From positions 147,591 to 211,590 of the forward strand of contig JACQSC010000004.1 of NCBI GenBank assembly GCA_016206155.1: a stretch of DNA of 64,000 nt, given 5' to 3'. The notes under the pieces are model-generated. The model was not told the DNA's origin, searched no databases, and saw only the letters and a program-made list of their open reading frames with translations. The stretch comes from Candidatus Uhrbacteria bacterium (GTDB lineage: Bacteria > Patescibacteriota > Patescibacteriia > JACQRZ01). The translations under genes and the position numbers were made by a program. Each line of letters starts with the position of its first letter. Positions within the stretch are counted from its first letter, which is position 1. Below, piece by piece: positions 54,452 to 64,000 of this stretch.

Positions 54452-57097
54452 CTATTTGATAAAACGCGCCACTTTTTCGATGCGGAAGGCGCTGCCGGCA
54501 TCGAGGACGATTTTGTCGCGGCGGCTGACTTTTTGTTCAAGCAGTATTTTTGCAAGGGTGTCATTAACGCGTTGTTGAATAACGCGACGGAGGGGGCGGG
54601 CGCCAAATTCGGGATCAAAGCCCGCGAGAGCAAGTTCGGCAACCGCCGCGTCGGTTACCTCAAAGAAAACACCCTTTTTCTCCATTTGATGTTGGACGCT
54701 GTTTACCATGAGGCGCGCGATCTGTCTGATATGCTCCTCTGAGAGCGTTTGGAAAATAATGATATCATCGAACCGGTTGAGAAATTCGGGTGTGTAGTAA
54801 TGACGAAGTTCGTCTTCGAGCAGTCCGGTTTTTATTTCTACTGTCGGAGTATGCGCGCGGAGCGCATCCTGAATATATTGGGATCCGGCATTTGATGTCG
54901 CAATAATAATCGTGTTGGTAAAATCGATGAGCTCTCCGGTATTGTCAGTCAGACGCCCATCTTCAAAGACTTGCAGAAAAAGATTGCGCACATCGAGCGC
55001 CGCCTTTTCCAGCTCATCAAGAAGGAGGAGGGAGAACGGCGCTTTTCGAACTGCTTCTGTCAGCATTCCTCCGCGCACATCAGAGCCGGTAATGCCGGTA
55101 AGGCGCTGGATCGCTGTTGCGTCTTGGTATTCCGACATATCAAGGCGGATCATTGTTTCCTCAGAGCCAAAGTAAACCTCGGCGAGCGTTTTTGCAAGTT
55201 CGGTTTTTCCCACGCCGGTCGGACCCAAAAAAAGAAAGACGGCCACGGGACGCTTCGCTTCCCGCAGCTCGACGCGCGCACGGCGCATGGCGTTTGCAAC
55301 CGCAGAGACTGCCGTTTCTTGGTCAACCATGCGCTCATGAATTTTGTCCTCTAGGTTGAGCAAGACGGTACGCTCATCACCCTCGACCATCCCGACTTTT
55401 GTATGTGTACGCTGTTCAAGAACGTGCGCAATATCCGCAGGAGTGATAACTGTTCGGACCTTTCGTTTTTTGCCGCCAAGTTCAAGTGCGGCCTGCTCGC
55501 AAAGATCAATCGCCTTTTGGGGATTGTGAGTATCTGGCAGGTATCTTCCAGAGAGCTGAACTGCCGTAGCGATTGCATCATAGGTAAAATAGACAGCATG
55601 GCGCGACTCGAAAATTGGAATATGCGCCTCGACAATTTGAATCGTGGTTTGCTCATCGGGTTCCCGCACATCGATTCGATCAAAAAGCGAGGTGATAAGC
55701 TGCCCCTCTAGGTAGCGATGGAAGTCGCCAGGTGTCGTTGTCGCAAAAACCATAAGCCCCGTCCGCTCAATGGTTTCTGCAAGCATCTCCGCCAAGTCAA
55801 AGCCGGCGAGGCCCTTGTGGCCGGTGAAATCATGGATGTTTGAGATAACGAGAAGAATGTTTCCGCTCATAAGCGCTTCGTCAAGGAGTTCTTGAAACAA
55901 TGCGGGCGGATTCGATGATGCGGCAATGTGTCCGGCAGAAATCTGAACAAGCCGCTTATCTTTAAGCCGATGGGGCACTTGCTCACCCGCCATGGCATAG
56001 GCAATGCCATTGATCAGCGTTGATTTTCCCGTACCGGTATCACCAACAAGCAAAATATTTTTTGCCGTTGATCCAATCGTCGTCAATAACGAGTCAAGAA
56101 TTTCATCTCGCCCTACAGGAAAAATGAGTTTCCCATACTGGGCGAGTCGCGTGAGATCGCCCCCATATTGATTGAGGAGGTGGGTTGCCCGTCCGGTCAT
56201 GGCGCGATCGATATCTGCCCGTGGACGCAATGCAGCAACGCTGGCTATCTCTGCGCGTTTGTGCCGGAATACTTTTTCCGCATTGAACCAGGCAACAATG
56301 CTGTCTATGGTTTCGAGTTTCACGCCAAGCTCCTCCATCAATTCGCGCGCATGCGTTTCGTCGTCGAGAGTTGCGACAAAGAGATCGATGCAGTCAACGG
56401 TTTTTTTTCGCGCGTCTTGGGCGTGGCGATAGGCCCGCAGAAGGAGCGAATAAAAACTCTCAGTTCCGACAGGAGCGCTTGTCCCGACGGGGATTGTTGC
56501 AAGAGCCGCGTGCATGCCCTGTTTCAGCGCCGCCGGATCAAGCGAGATGCGCGCCGCAATATGTTGGATGACCGGATTTTGGAAAAGCACGATAAAGAGA
56601 TGCAGCGGTGTCAACTCTTTTGATTTGTGGCGCTGCGCAAAGAGGAGCGCATCGCCCAACGCATGGAGCGCTGCGGTATCATAGACAGAAAGAAGGTCGA
56701 ACGTTTTGTCCTGTCGTTGTTCCTTGTATGATTCTTCCTCATCGCGCGAAAGAACCTGTGTGCGGGTGCGATATTCGCGGTTGATGCGTTGGATAAACCA
56801 CATGTCGAAGAGAAGCGAGATCCAGAAAAGCTGGGCAGTCCAGTGAGTCGATTGAATAAAAAAGAGCGGTGACGCCTGATCCGTTGCGACAACAGGCACG
56901 TGGACAACGGCAAAAAGAAAGAACGATCCAAGACCAACCATCAAGAGTATCCCATCAATGATGACGCGAAGAATGTTTTGTGCGTGCATGCCGCGAATGG
57001 CTGCGGGAGTCAAAAGAAACGGCCATTCATAGATGACGTTTTCTGTGGCAAAGGAAATTTTTTGGGCGATGACCGGGCGAGGGACTGAAGGGTTCAT
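54452..57097 (-). CDS. ClpB/ClpC-family AAA+ ATPase with a ~120-aa N-terminal transmembrane extension.
   Basis: Clp_N repeats, two AAA modules (GDTGTGKST; GPTGVGKTELAKTLA), and N-terminal hydrophobic helices. Confidence 0.75.
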   Translation of the reverse strand: MNPSVPRPVIAQKISFATENVIYEWPFLLTPAAIRGMHAQNILRVIIDGILLMVGLGSFFLFAVVHVPVVATDQASPLFFIQSTHWTAQLFWISLLFDMWFIQRINREYRTRTQVLSRDEEESYKEQRQDKTFDLLSVYDTAALHALGDALLFAQRHKSKELTPLHLFIVLFQNPVIQHIAARISLDPAALKQGMHAALATIPVGTSAPVGTESFYSLLLRAYRHAQDARKKTVDCIDLFVATLDDETHARELMEELGVKLETIDSIVAWFNAEKVFRHKRAEIASVAALRPRADIDRAMTGRATHLLNQYGGDLTRLAQYGKLIFPVGRDEILDSLLTTIGSTAKNILLVGDTGTGKSTLINGIAYAMAGEQVPHRLKDKRLVQISAGHIAASSNPPALFQELLDEALMSGNILLVISNIHDFTGHKGLAGFDLAEMLAETIERTGLMVFATTTPGDFHRYLEGQLITSLFDRIDVREPDEQTTIQIVEAHIPIFESRHAVYFTYDAIATAVQLSGRYLPDTHNPQKAIDLCEQAALELGGKKRKVRTVITPADIAHVLEQRTHTKVGMVEGDERTVLLNLEDKIHERMVDQETAVSAVANAMRRARVELREAKRPVAVFLFLGPTGVGKTELAKTLAEVYFGSEETMIRLDMSEYQDATAIQRLTGITGSDVRGGMLTEAVRKAPFSLLLLDELEKAALDVRNLFLQVFEDGRLTDNTGELIDFTNTIIIATSNAGSQYIQDALRAHTPTVEIKTGLLEDELRHYYTPEFLNRFDDIIIFQTLSEEHIRQIARLMVNSVQHQMEKKGVFFEVTDAAVAELALAGFDPEFGARPLRRVIQQRVNDTLAKILLEQKVSRRDKIVLDAGSAFRIEKVARFIK

Positions 57098-57447
57098 AGG
57101 AGCAAGCGGGTAATTTGCCAGACGACCAAAGGTGGGAAAAGCATCCAGGCAGCCACAAAAAGACTAAGAAATACGAGCAGAAGCGCAAAGACAAAGACAT
57201 CCCATAGAAGAATAATCGTCCGCATCACAAAGCTGACAACGCGTCCCTGCCATGTTCTCTCGCCATACATTGGTTTGAAGAGGCTTCTTGCCCACACGCC
57301 AATGCCGATCATGTTGGCGCCATAGCGGACGTTGCGCGTAAAAAAACGAAAAACACAAACCGCCCCTTCGGTGTACCACCAGATTGGTGAATAGAGCGCA
57401 TCGAGTACAACATCAAAAAAGAGAAATGCCAGCAACCCCGTCCTCAT
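57094..57447 (-). CDS. Small membrane protein, hypothetical.
   Basis: 117 aa with 3 hydrophobic helices. Confidence 0.4.
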   Translation of the reverse strand: MRTGLLAFLFFDVVLDALYSPIWWYTEGAVCVFRFFTRNVRYGANMIGIGVWARSLFKPMYGERTWQGRVVSFVMRTIILLWDVFVFALLLVFLSLFVAAWMLFPPLVVWQITRLLL

Positions 57448-57529
57448 AGTGAATATAGTGTATCATATTCTTGCAACACTGACCACGGAGGTGTAGGGTA
57501 TTATGGTCAGAAAAAGCATACGCTGTTTT

Positions 57530-57756
57530 ATGAATAGTATCAAAATAGTTTTTGCGACAAGAAATAAAGGGAAGCTAAAAGAGATTCGGACGCTTCTCGC
57601 ACAGGGCCCGAGCAATCCAAAAAATGAAGGAATTTATGGCCGGATAGGAAGATTGAAAAAACTGTGGGTTTCTGCTACTATTACGCTGTATGCAATTCGT
57701 GATCTGACGGGCGCGGAGCGGCGGGAGATATTATCAATAAAGGAACTTATTTAATA
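57530..57756 (+). pseudogene. Remnant of the ham1/rdgB (non-canonical NTP pyrophosphatase) gene.
   Basis: IKIVFATRNKGKLKEIRTLLA matches the Ham1 N-terminus and then diverges. There is a stop after about 75 codons. Only about 230 nt of non-coding DNA remain before the next gene. Confidence 0.45.
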
Positions 57757-57839
57757 GTCTGGATTCCCCGGCAGAGCCGGGCAAGCTGGCCGGAGTTTAT
57801 CCCGAGTATTACCGAGGGACCGGAACGACAATCGAATAT

Positions 57840-58355
57840 ATGAAATTATCTGGAAAACGCATCGCGATATTTGCAGAGCAGAAGTATGAGGATATGGAGC
57901 TCTGGTATCCCTATTATCGCTTGAAAGAGGAGGGCGCTGTCGTGACGATTGTGGGATCTGGAACTGCAAAGGAATATTTTGGTAAATACGGATATCCAGT
58001 GAAAGTTGACAAGGATATCAATGACGTGAGAGCTGATGAATTTGACGCTCTTGTTATCCCTGGCGGATTTGCGCCAGATCATATGCGCCGGAACGAGGCG
58101 ATGGTGCAGTTCGTCCGCGACATGAACACCAAAGGAAAGGTTATTGCGGCAATTTGTCACGGGCCATGGATGATGACCACCGCAGAGATTGTAAACGGCA
58201 AAAACGTCACTTCATTTTACGCAATAAAATCAGATCTTGTCCATGCCGGAGGAGTGTGGCAAGATAAGGAGGTCGTACGCGATGGCAATCTTATCACCTC
58301 GCGCAAGCCATCCGACCTCCCCGCGTTTTGTCGTACAATCATTGAATCATTTTAG
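57840..58355 (+). CDS. DJ-1/PfpI family protein.
   Basis: Nucleophile elbow AICHGP and overall class I glutamine amidotransferase-like pattern. Confidence 0.8.
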   Translation: MKLSGKRIAIFAEQKYEDMELWYPYYRLKEEGAVVTIVGSGTAKEYFGKYGYPVKVDKDINDVRADEFDALVIPGGFAPDHMRRNEAMVQFVRDMNTKGKVIAAICHGPWMMTTAEIVNGKNVTSFYAIKSDLVHAGGVWQDKEVVRDGNLITSRKPSDLPAFCRTIIESF

Positions 58356-58376
58356 TCACATAAAAAACAGTATCCT

Positions 58377-58697
58377 ATGAATACCGAAGCAACAGAACCG
58401 CCAAAAAGATCGTATGAAACCGTGTTCGGCGAGGTCAATGCGAAGTTTAATGCGCTTATAGATTCGTCGAGGAAAGACAGCGCGCCTCTTGATCTTAATC
58501 GAAGCGGCGCGCTCCTGCCTGATTATGAGAGCCTGCGCACATATCTTGAAGCTGTTCGCGAGGAAGTTAACACGCTCGACATTCTCGAGAAGTTTAAAGA
58601 CGAACTCGCGGGGGTAATAGAGAGCAGATTATTGACTGTCCAAAACTACATCAATATTTTGCAGGCCGAAGAAGATCGAAAGAAGGGAAGCGCGTGA
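58377..58697 (+). CDS. Hypothetical protein of 106 aa.
   Basis: ORF only. Confidence 0.4.
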   Translation: MNTEATEPPKRSYETVFGEVNAKFNALIDSSRKDSAPLDLNRSGALLPDYESLRTYLEAVREEVNTLDILEKFKDELAGVIESRLLTVQNYINILQAEEDRKKGSA

Positions 58698-58698
58698 C

Positions 58699-59103
58699 AT
58701 GAAAAAAAAGAAGCAGATAGCCATTGTCGTCGCAGAGTTTCATAAAGAGATTGCCGATACAATGGTTGCAGAGGCAGAAAGAACGGCGCACGATCTCGGC
58801 GCGCGGGTGCACGCGATTATAGGCGTGCCCGGATGTTTTGAGATGCCGTTGTCGGTAAAACGTTTGATTCAAAAAAAGAGCGTAGACGCGGTGGTGGTTC
58901 TCGGTTTCATTGAAAAAGGCGAGACGCTTCATGGTGAGGTTATGGGCCATGTCGTTCATCATGCGCTTATGCAACTCCAGCTTTCGACGATGAAACCAAT
59001 CGGTTTTGGGATCATTGGTCCTGGCGCGACAGAAAGGGCTGCGCGAGTACGAATGAAAGGAGCGGCTCGGGCTGCCGTGCGAGCAGCATTGTCGCAAGCA
59101 TAA
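58699..59103 (+). CDS. ribH: 6,7-dimethyl-8-ribityllumazine synthase.
   Basis: IAIVVAEFH...GVPGCFEMP...VVVLGFIEKGETLHGEVMG lumazine synthase pattern. Confidence 0.7.
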   Translation: MKKKKQIAIVVAEFHKEIADTMVAEAERTAHDLGARVHAIIGVPGCFEMPLSVKRLIQKKSVDAVVVLGFIEKGETLHGEVMGHVVHHALMQLQLSTMKPIGFGIIGPGATERAARVRMKGAARAAVRAALSQA

Positions 59104-59271
59104 CTTTTTTATGCCGACACTTCATCACCTCATTCGCCACATACAATCATACGGCCAGCAACACAGAATATTATATCTTTTAGGTCTTATACAATTCCAT
59201 TGTGGAGTTGAACTTCACGGCGATATGAGTTATGGTATGAAGCGGACGGCGGGTGCGAAATAGTAAAAAGT

Positions 59272-59586
59272 ATGGAACAAGAAGGAATACATGATTTTTC
59301 CCCAAAGCCAAGGCGCCCCACGCTCACGAAGCAGGAGCTTGAAGAGAGCATTCGAACGCTCCTTGGCAAGAAGTCAAAACTTGCCTATGCGCTCACCGGC
59401 ATACCTATCGAAACTGACGAGAATGGATTTTTGACGCGAGCCACTTTTGGCAATATATTTAGCCTTACCCGTGAGTGGCTCATCAGTACTCCCAATGAGA
59501 ACATTCGGGGAACGTACCAAGCGTTTCTTGACTTCCTTAAAGAACATCACCCCAACCGTGAGGATGTGTCACAATCAGAGACATGA
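59272..59586 (+). CDS. Hypothetical protein of 104 aa.
   Basis: ORF only. Confidence 0.4.
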   Translation: MEQEGIHDFSPKPRRPTLTKQELEESIRTLLGKKSKLAYALTGIPIETDENGFLTRATFGNIFSLTREWLISTPNENIRGTYQAFLDFLKEHHPNREDVSQSET

Positions 59587-60308
59587 CAATACCAAAAATA
59601 GTTTTTTTTGACATGGAGGGGACGCTGTTTGGAAGCGTCGGACGCAGAGCCGACGGAACCAAGGCGCTGAGCGCATGGCCGCTTCTTGCCGAAGCGCTCG
59701 GTCCTCATGTCATCAAGGCCGACTTTGCCTATTATCAAAAATGGCTTCGCGGCGAGTATCCAAATTTCGTACCATGGATGGAGGACACCAGCACGCTATT
59801 CAAAACTCACGGACTGACCCGCGCAGTGTTTGATGCGGTTATTCAATCGATTGAATATTTTTTTGGAGTAAAAGAAGTGTGTGACGCACTTCATAGCAAC
59901 AACGTGCGCACAGCCGTGATTACGGGTGGGTTTTATGAACAGGCAGAGCGCGCTTCGCGCGATTTGGGCATTCATCACATTCGCGCAAGCTGCCGTTTTT
60001 TCTGGGACGAAAAGGACGCGCTGTCTCATTGGGAGCTTGAAGAGCACGGTCTTGAAGGGAAGGTTGACGCGGCAAAATCCATTGCCGCACAGCATAATGT
60101 TTCCCTTGAGGAGTGCTGCTTTGTCGGCGATGGCGCCAACGACGTTCATATAGCGCGGGCAGTCGGCACCTCTATTGCGTTTAATGGAGAGGATGCGTTG
60201 CGCGCCGTCACGACACATATGATTAGTCAGCCGGAAGATGCGCTGGATTTCCGCGCGGTTCTGGAATATCTTTTACCGTATGTCCGTTCCGGAAGGATTG
60301 CCAGCTAG
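59583..60308 (+). CDS. HAD-superfamily hydrolase (phosphoserine phosphatase-like).
   Basis: Motif I FFDMEGTLF and motif IV GDGANDV. Confidence 0.7.
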   Translation: MTIPKIVFFDMEGTLFGSVGRRADGTKALSAWPLLAEALGPHVIKADFAYYQKWLRGEYPNFVPWMEDTSTLFKTHGLTRAVFDAVIQSIEYFFGVKEVCDALHSNNVRTAVITGGFYEQAERASRDLGIHHIRASCRFFWDEKDALSHWELEEHGLEGKVDAAKSIAAQHNVSLEECCFVGDGANDVHIARAVGTSIAFNGEDALRAVTTHMISQPEDALDFRAVLEYLLPYVRSGRIAS

Positions 60309-60849
60309 CGCGCGACAAGTATTTAAGGGTGAGATTTGGGAGATTTGGCAATGGGAACAGGAGGAGTTTGATGGGAGCGTAAAGATCTATGAGCGCGCGG
60401 TCCGCGCCGATTCAGTCACGGTTATTCCAATTGTTGGCGATAAGATTCTTATCCAGCATCAGGAGCAGCCGTTTCGCGGAGCATTTCTTTCTCTTCCCGG
60501 GGGTTTTCGCGAGGATGAGGACCCGCTTCACGATGGGATGCGCGAGCTTCTTGAGGAGACCGGGCATATATCAGATGAGTGGCGCCACTATTTTACCTGG
60601 TCGCCCACAGCCTCCAAGCTGATGTGGAAGAATCATTTTTATATAGCCAGTCGGTGCAGAAAAATTCAAGAAATGACCCTTGATCCGGGAGAGAAAATAT
60701 CACTCGACCTCATTTCCTATGATGATTTTATTGCACTGGCCGATAATCCCGCATGGCGTCATCGCGATCTGGTCCCCACACTCCTGCGGGCACGATATGT
60801 GCCGGAAAAATATAGGGAGCTCAGGAATAGATTATTTGGAGTTCCATAA
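60280..60849 (+). CDS. Nudix hydrolase.
   Basis: Nudix box GGFREDEDPLHDGMRELLEETG. Confidence 0.75.
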   Translation: MSVPEGLPASARQVFKGEIWEIWQWEQEEFDGSVKIYERAVRADSVTVIPIVGDKILIQHQEQPFRGAFLSLPGGFREDEDPLHDGMRELLEETGHISDEWRHYFTWSPTASKLMWKNHFYIASRCRKIQEMTLDPGEKISLDLISYDDFIALADNPAWRHRDLVPTLLRARYVPEKYRELRNRLFGVP

Positions 60850-60866
60850 AACGAATATGTGCTGTA

Positions 60867-60940
60867 AAAAACGAAGAATCAAGAATTAAGCAGAACCACG
60901 AAGGGAGAGGAGCATTCTTAATTCTCGATTCTTAATTCTA
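60867..60940 (+). promoter_or_regulatory. Large hairpin with 15-bp arms (AGAATCAAGAATTAAG...CTTAATTCTCGATTC) and a loop containing GAAGGGAGAGGAG, immediately 5' of the HD-domain gene ATG.
   Basis: Inverted repeat seen in the sequence. Confidence 0.3.
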
Positions 60941-60946
60941 TTCTCT

Positions 60947-62146
60947 ATGGTATCACCAGAGCTTATTAGAAAACTTTTTTCCGCAGCGTATATCAAACGA
61001 TGGAACGACAAGCTTCGCCCCATTGATTTTGTTGAGTTTGACAAAGCGGCGCACAAGATGTTCATCGCGTATATTCTCGGTGCATGTGAAGAGCGGAAAG
61101 AGCCTATTGTATGGCGTGATGTTATTGAGGGCGGGCTTTTTTCGTTGCTGCAGAAAGTCGTTCTTACCGATCTGAAGCCAACAGTGCTTTCACTGATAAA
61201 AAAAGATCCGGTGAAGAGCGCTCAGCTCAATACGTACGTGTATTCCGAGCTTGCGAGCATGATCGAGCCATTTGGGGAGGAGTTTTGTCAGCGGTTTCGC
61301 CGTTATTTTGAGCCAGGGGAGGAAACGCGGGAAAAAAAGATTTTGAACGCGGCGAGCATTCTTTCAACCACATGGGAGTTTGATATTATTGAGCGCGCCG
61401 ATCCGCACGGTTTTGAAACCGCGGAAATTAAAGAAAATCTAGAAAAGAAGCTTGAGCAGTACACGGATCTTGAGGGCATGAAAGAATATTATAGCCACGT
61501 GTCTCTGCGGCATTTCGTAGATTTGTGCGGGCAGCTGCGCTTTCATGAACGCTGGGCATATGTTCATCGTATCCCAAAAACCTCGGTTTTGAGCCATTGT
61601 CTTTTTGTCGGCTTCCTTGCTTATCTCTTTTCGCTTCAGCATCATGCGTGTAGCCGCCGACTCTATAATAATTTTTTTGCCGGTTTGTTTCATGATTTTC
61701 CCGAAACACTCACCCGCGACATCGTAACCGGAGTAAAGCGTTCAGTCGAGGGCTTGCGAGATATCATTATTCAGTATGAGAAGAGCGAAATGAAAAAACG
61801 CGTGTACCCACTTCTCCCCGAAGATGTGCATATTGAGGTGCGCATGTTTACCGAGATTGACGACCGCAATCGAGTTGTCATCGATGGGGAAGAGCGGTAC
61901 GTGCTGTGTGGGGAAATTGCAGAGAAGTATAATGACGACAAGTACGACCCCTGTGAGGGTGAATTGGTCAAGGCGTGTGATGAACTGACGGCGTTCGTAG
62001 AAGCGGATGAGGCAATCAAAAACGGATGCGTCAGCGAGCGCTTCGAACTCGCGAAAGAGAGTGTTATAAAAAAATACGGCAACAAAACTGTCTGCGGAAT
62101 TTCATTGAGCGCGATCGCCGAAAAATATGAGAGAGATAGAGGTTAA
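60947..62146 (+). CDS. HD-domain phosphohydrolase (YfbR-like) with an N-terminal extension.
   Basis: H..HRIPKTSVLSHCLFVG and the LFHDFPE HD motif. Confidence 0.6.
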   Translation: MVSPELIRKLFSAAYIKRWNDKLRPIDFVEFDKAAHKMFIAYILGACEERKEPIVWRDVIEGGLFSLLQKVVLTDLKPTVLSLIKKDPVKSAQLNTYVYSELASMIEPFGEEFCQRFRRYFEPGEETREKKILNAASILSTTWEFDIIERADPHGFETAEIKENLEKKLEQYTDLEGMKEYYSHVSLRHFVDLCGQLRFHERWAYVHRIPKTSVLSHCLFVGFLAYLFSLQHHACSRRLYNNFFAGLFHDFPETLTRDIVTGVKRSVEGLRDIIIQYEKSEMKKRVYPLLPEDVHIEVRMFTEIDDRNRVVIDGEERYVLCGEIAEKYNDDKYDPCEGELVKACDELTAFVEADEAIKNGCVSERFELAKESVIKKYGNKTVCGISLSAIAEKYERDRG

Positions 62147-62654
62147 AATTCTTGAGATAGATAGGAGGGCGCTCGAGGCGAAGCTTCGCGCGCTTGGCGC
62201 AAAAAAAACATTCGACGGGCCAGTTGACGTTCGAATGTATGACACCCTGCGGGGTGAGTTAAAAAAAAGAGGGATTATTTTTCGTTTACGGAAGAAGGGT
62301 GCGAGTGGCGAGCTTACCGTTAAGACAGACTTCAAAAGAACGCTTCGCGCAAAGACATCGGCGGAGTATGAGACGAATGTTGATTTTATCGCCACTCAAA
62401 AAATGTTGAAAGTGCTGGGATACGCAGAATCGTTCCGCATGAAGAAACGACGCATTGAATACGTTATTGGATCCGTCCATTTTGAAATCGATAAAATTTC
62501 AGGTATTCCGTGGTTTCTTGAAATTGAGGCCCCGAGTGAGAAACAGCTTATGATCTGGATAAAAAAACTTGGATATAAGCCATCAGATGCAAAGAGCTGG
62601 TGGTGGCACGAGGTGTTAGGGCATTATGGACATTCGTACAAACAGCAACGCTGA
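62127..62654 (+). CDS. CYTH-domain protein (class IV cyclase/triphosphatase fold).
   Basis: EIEVKILEID N-terminal signature of CYTH. Confidence 0.7.
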   Translation: MREIEVKILEIDRRALEAKLRALGAKKTFDGPVDVRMYDTLRGELKKRGIIFRLRKKGASGELTVKTDFKRTLRAKTSAEYETNVDFIATQKMLKVLGYAESFRMKKRRIEYVIGSVHFEIDKISGIPWFLEIEAPSEKQLMIWIKKLGYKPSDAKSWWWHEVLGHYGHSYKQQR

Positions 62655-63339
62655 ATTGCTTGGGCAAGAAGCTCGAACCGTGCTCGCGAAGTTCTTGAAG
62701 AACAATGCCCGGCGTTCAATTCTTCTTCTCTGTTCAGGGGGGTCTGCGCTTGATCTTTTGCAGGATACTCCAAAAGACTGTCTTGGTCCTAATATGACGC
62801 TCGGGGTTCTTGACGAGCGATATAGTAGCGATGAAGCCATTAACAATTTCGCGCAACTCGAAAAAACATCATTTTTCCAAGCGGCACGGCGTGCTGGCGC
62901 ACACGTAATTGACACGCGTCCCAAAGAAGGTGAGACACACGAGCAACTCACTTTACGTTTTGAAAGTGAGCTGCGATCGTGGATGAAGGACCATCCAGGC
63001 GGAATCATAGTCGCGACGATGGGGATTGGTTCGGATGGGCATACGGCTGGCATTATGCCGTTTCCCGAAGACGAAACATTATTTTGGGCATTGTTTGGTG
63101 AGCTTGGAAGGTTTGTTCAAGACTATGATGCAGGAGACAAAAACCAACATCCGCAGCGCATAACCATTACGCTATCATTTTTGGTGATGATCAATCATGC
63201 GATTGTATACTGTGTCGGCGAAGGAAAACGAATCGCGCTTGAGCGTGTTATGGCCGAGGAGGGATCATGCGCGCACACTCCCGCGCGAATCATTCGCGAG
63301 ATGAAAGACGTTTTGTTGTTTACCGATATCACGCTTTGA
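62626..63339 (+). CDS. pgl: 6-phosphogluconolactonase/glucosamine-6-phosphate deaminase family protein.
   Basis: GIGSDGHTAGI motif. Confidence 0.7.
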   Translation: MDIRTNSNAELLGQEARTVLAKFLKNNARRSILLLCSGGSALDLLQDTPKDCLGPNMTLGVLDERYSSDEAINNFAQLEKTSFFQAARRAGAHVIDTRPKEGETHEQLTLRFESELRSWMKDHPGGIIVATMGIGSDGHTAGIMPFPEDETLFWALFGELGRFVQDYDAGDKNQHPQRITITLSFLVMINHAIVYCVGEGKRIALERVMAEEGSCAHTPARIIREMKDVLLFTDITL

Positions 63340-64000
63340 TGAGCGCGTTCCAGTCAGCGGCAAACCGCTCAATGCCCTTGTCGGTCAATGGATGAGATAT
63401 GTCCAGAACGCGCCAGTCGCTATCAAGCGAAATTTGTCGGTAGAGAATTGGCGCGAGATTTTTTGTATCATAGACATAGTCCTTAGCCGGTATCGGCATT
63501 CCTTGATCTGCCCATTCAAGAAGAATAGTGCTGGGCGCTGTAATAATATCAGCGCCATAGAATAGTGATGCAAGAAAGTGATCAATACTGCGGATACTCG
63601 CGCTCAATATCTCTACGTGACTTTGTTGCTCGCGGTACATTGCGAGGATATTTTTTATGAGATCCATGCCATTCTCACCAATGTCGTCCAGCCGACCGAC
63701 AAACGGTGAAACGAAAACGCCTCCTTTTTTGCTCATGCGCGTTGCGCAGTGAACTGCGGCGGCCTGTTGTTGCGAAAAGCAGAGGGTCATATTGACGCGT
63801 ATATCTTCTGCAGTCGCACGCTCTGAAGCCTCGAGACCCGCTGCGGTAATAGGGAATTTAATGTGTGCATTAGGAATCCAATCAAACATTTGTTTACAAT
63901 TGTTAAACATTTGTTCAACATTTGTTGATCTTTCCGCATACACTTCCACTGATATCGATCCACGGGGAATCAGCGCGGACATCTCTTGAACAACGGATTT
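63329..64000 (-). CDS. tal: Transaldolase (Tal/FSA family), partial: the N-terminus lies beyond the window edge.
   Basis: VFVSPFVGRLDDIGENGMDLI and ADIITAP motifs. The alignment implies about 45 aa are missing upstream of 64000. Confidence 0.75.
   Translation of the reverse strand, partial: KSVVQEMSALIPRGSISVEVYAERSTNVEQMFNNCKQMFDWIPNAHIKFPITAAGLEASERATAEDIRVNMTLCFSQQQAAAVHCATRMSKKGGVFVSPFVGRLDDIGENGMDLIKNILAMYREQQSHVEILSASIRSIDHFLASLFYGADIITAPSTILLEWADQGMPIPAKDYVYDTKNLAPILYRQISLDSDWRVLDISHPLTDKGIERFAADWNALIKA

Noticed and set aside
57610-57840. A riboswitch or other structured ncRNA in the 230-nt gap before the DJ-1 gene
   Set aside because: No recognisable riboswitch core motifs were found. 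The gap is better explained as decay of the truncated ham1/rdgB gene.

Overview
This 64-kb window looks like a compact, low-SD bacterial chromosome segment, most likely from a Candidate Phyla Radiation (Patescibacteria-like) organism. That guess rests on the intron-containing 16S gene and the gene content, not on any database search.

It spans the replication-origin neighbourhood (rpmH-rnpA-yidD-yidC on the minus strand, dnaA-dnaN on the plus strand, with DnaA-box clusters between them). Near the left end there is a 16S rRNA gene on the minus strand, about 3.4 kb long because two introns each carry a LAGLIDADG homing-endonuclease ORF. No 23S or 5S gene follows it in the window. Six tRNAs were found: Ile-GAT, Phe-GAA, Ala-CGC, Arg-CCT, Ser-CGA, plus a tRNA-like 3' fragment.

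Housekeeping genes identified from protein motifs include rfbA, trmD, rpsP, a KH-domain protein (khpA-like), smc, prs, a PlsC-HAD fusion, a class III nucleotide cyclase, PBP1A, ruvC, yebC, ychF, a THUMP methyltransferase, a PGRP-type amidase, a LamG-containing pilin, tag, a PIF1/RecD-like helicase, an SPFH protein, a ClpB-like ATPase, a DJ-1 family protein, ribH, a Nudix hydrolase, an HD-domain protein, a CYTH protein, pgl and a partial transaldolase.

The most unusual part is an accessory island of about 11 kb (roughly 20.8-31.9 kb), bounded on one side by tRNA-Ala/tRNA-Arg.
- It holds an AbiEi/AbiEii-like module bracketed by two small-protein cassettes whose promoter/5'UTR and terminator flanks are near-identical while the coding sequences have diverged.
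- It holds four type II toxin-antitoxin pairs (two DinJ/YafQ-like, one RelE/ParE-like, one VapBC).
- Each toxin gene is tightly coupled to a member of a large cysteine-rich protein family of unknown function that carries zinc-ribbon-like termini: one intact 578-aa copy, one copy interrupted by repeat insertions and an in-frame stop, one internally deleted copy, and one C-terminal remnant.

Two families of small dispersed repeats occur throughout the window. One is a ~50-nt imperfect-palindrome element found 7 times, several of them inserted in-frame inside coding sequences. The other is a set of telomere-like C-rich heptamer tandems sitting exactly where Shine-Dalgarno sequences would be.

Several genes look decayed (a split homing endonuclease, frameshifted GDSL hydrolase, ham1 and exonuclease fragments). 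This is consistent with a reduced symbiont-like genome or an imperfect assembly.

All coordinates are approximate to a few nt. Minus-strand coordinates taken from the ORF track showed a possible 1-nt inconsistency in my manual indexing.
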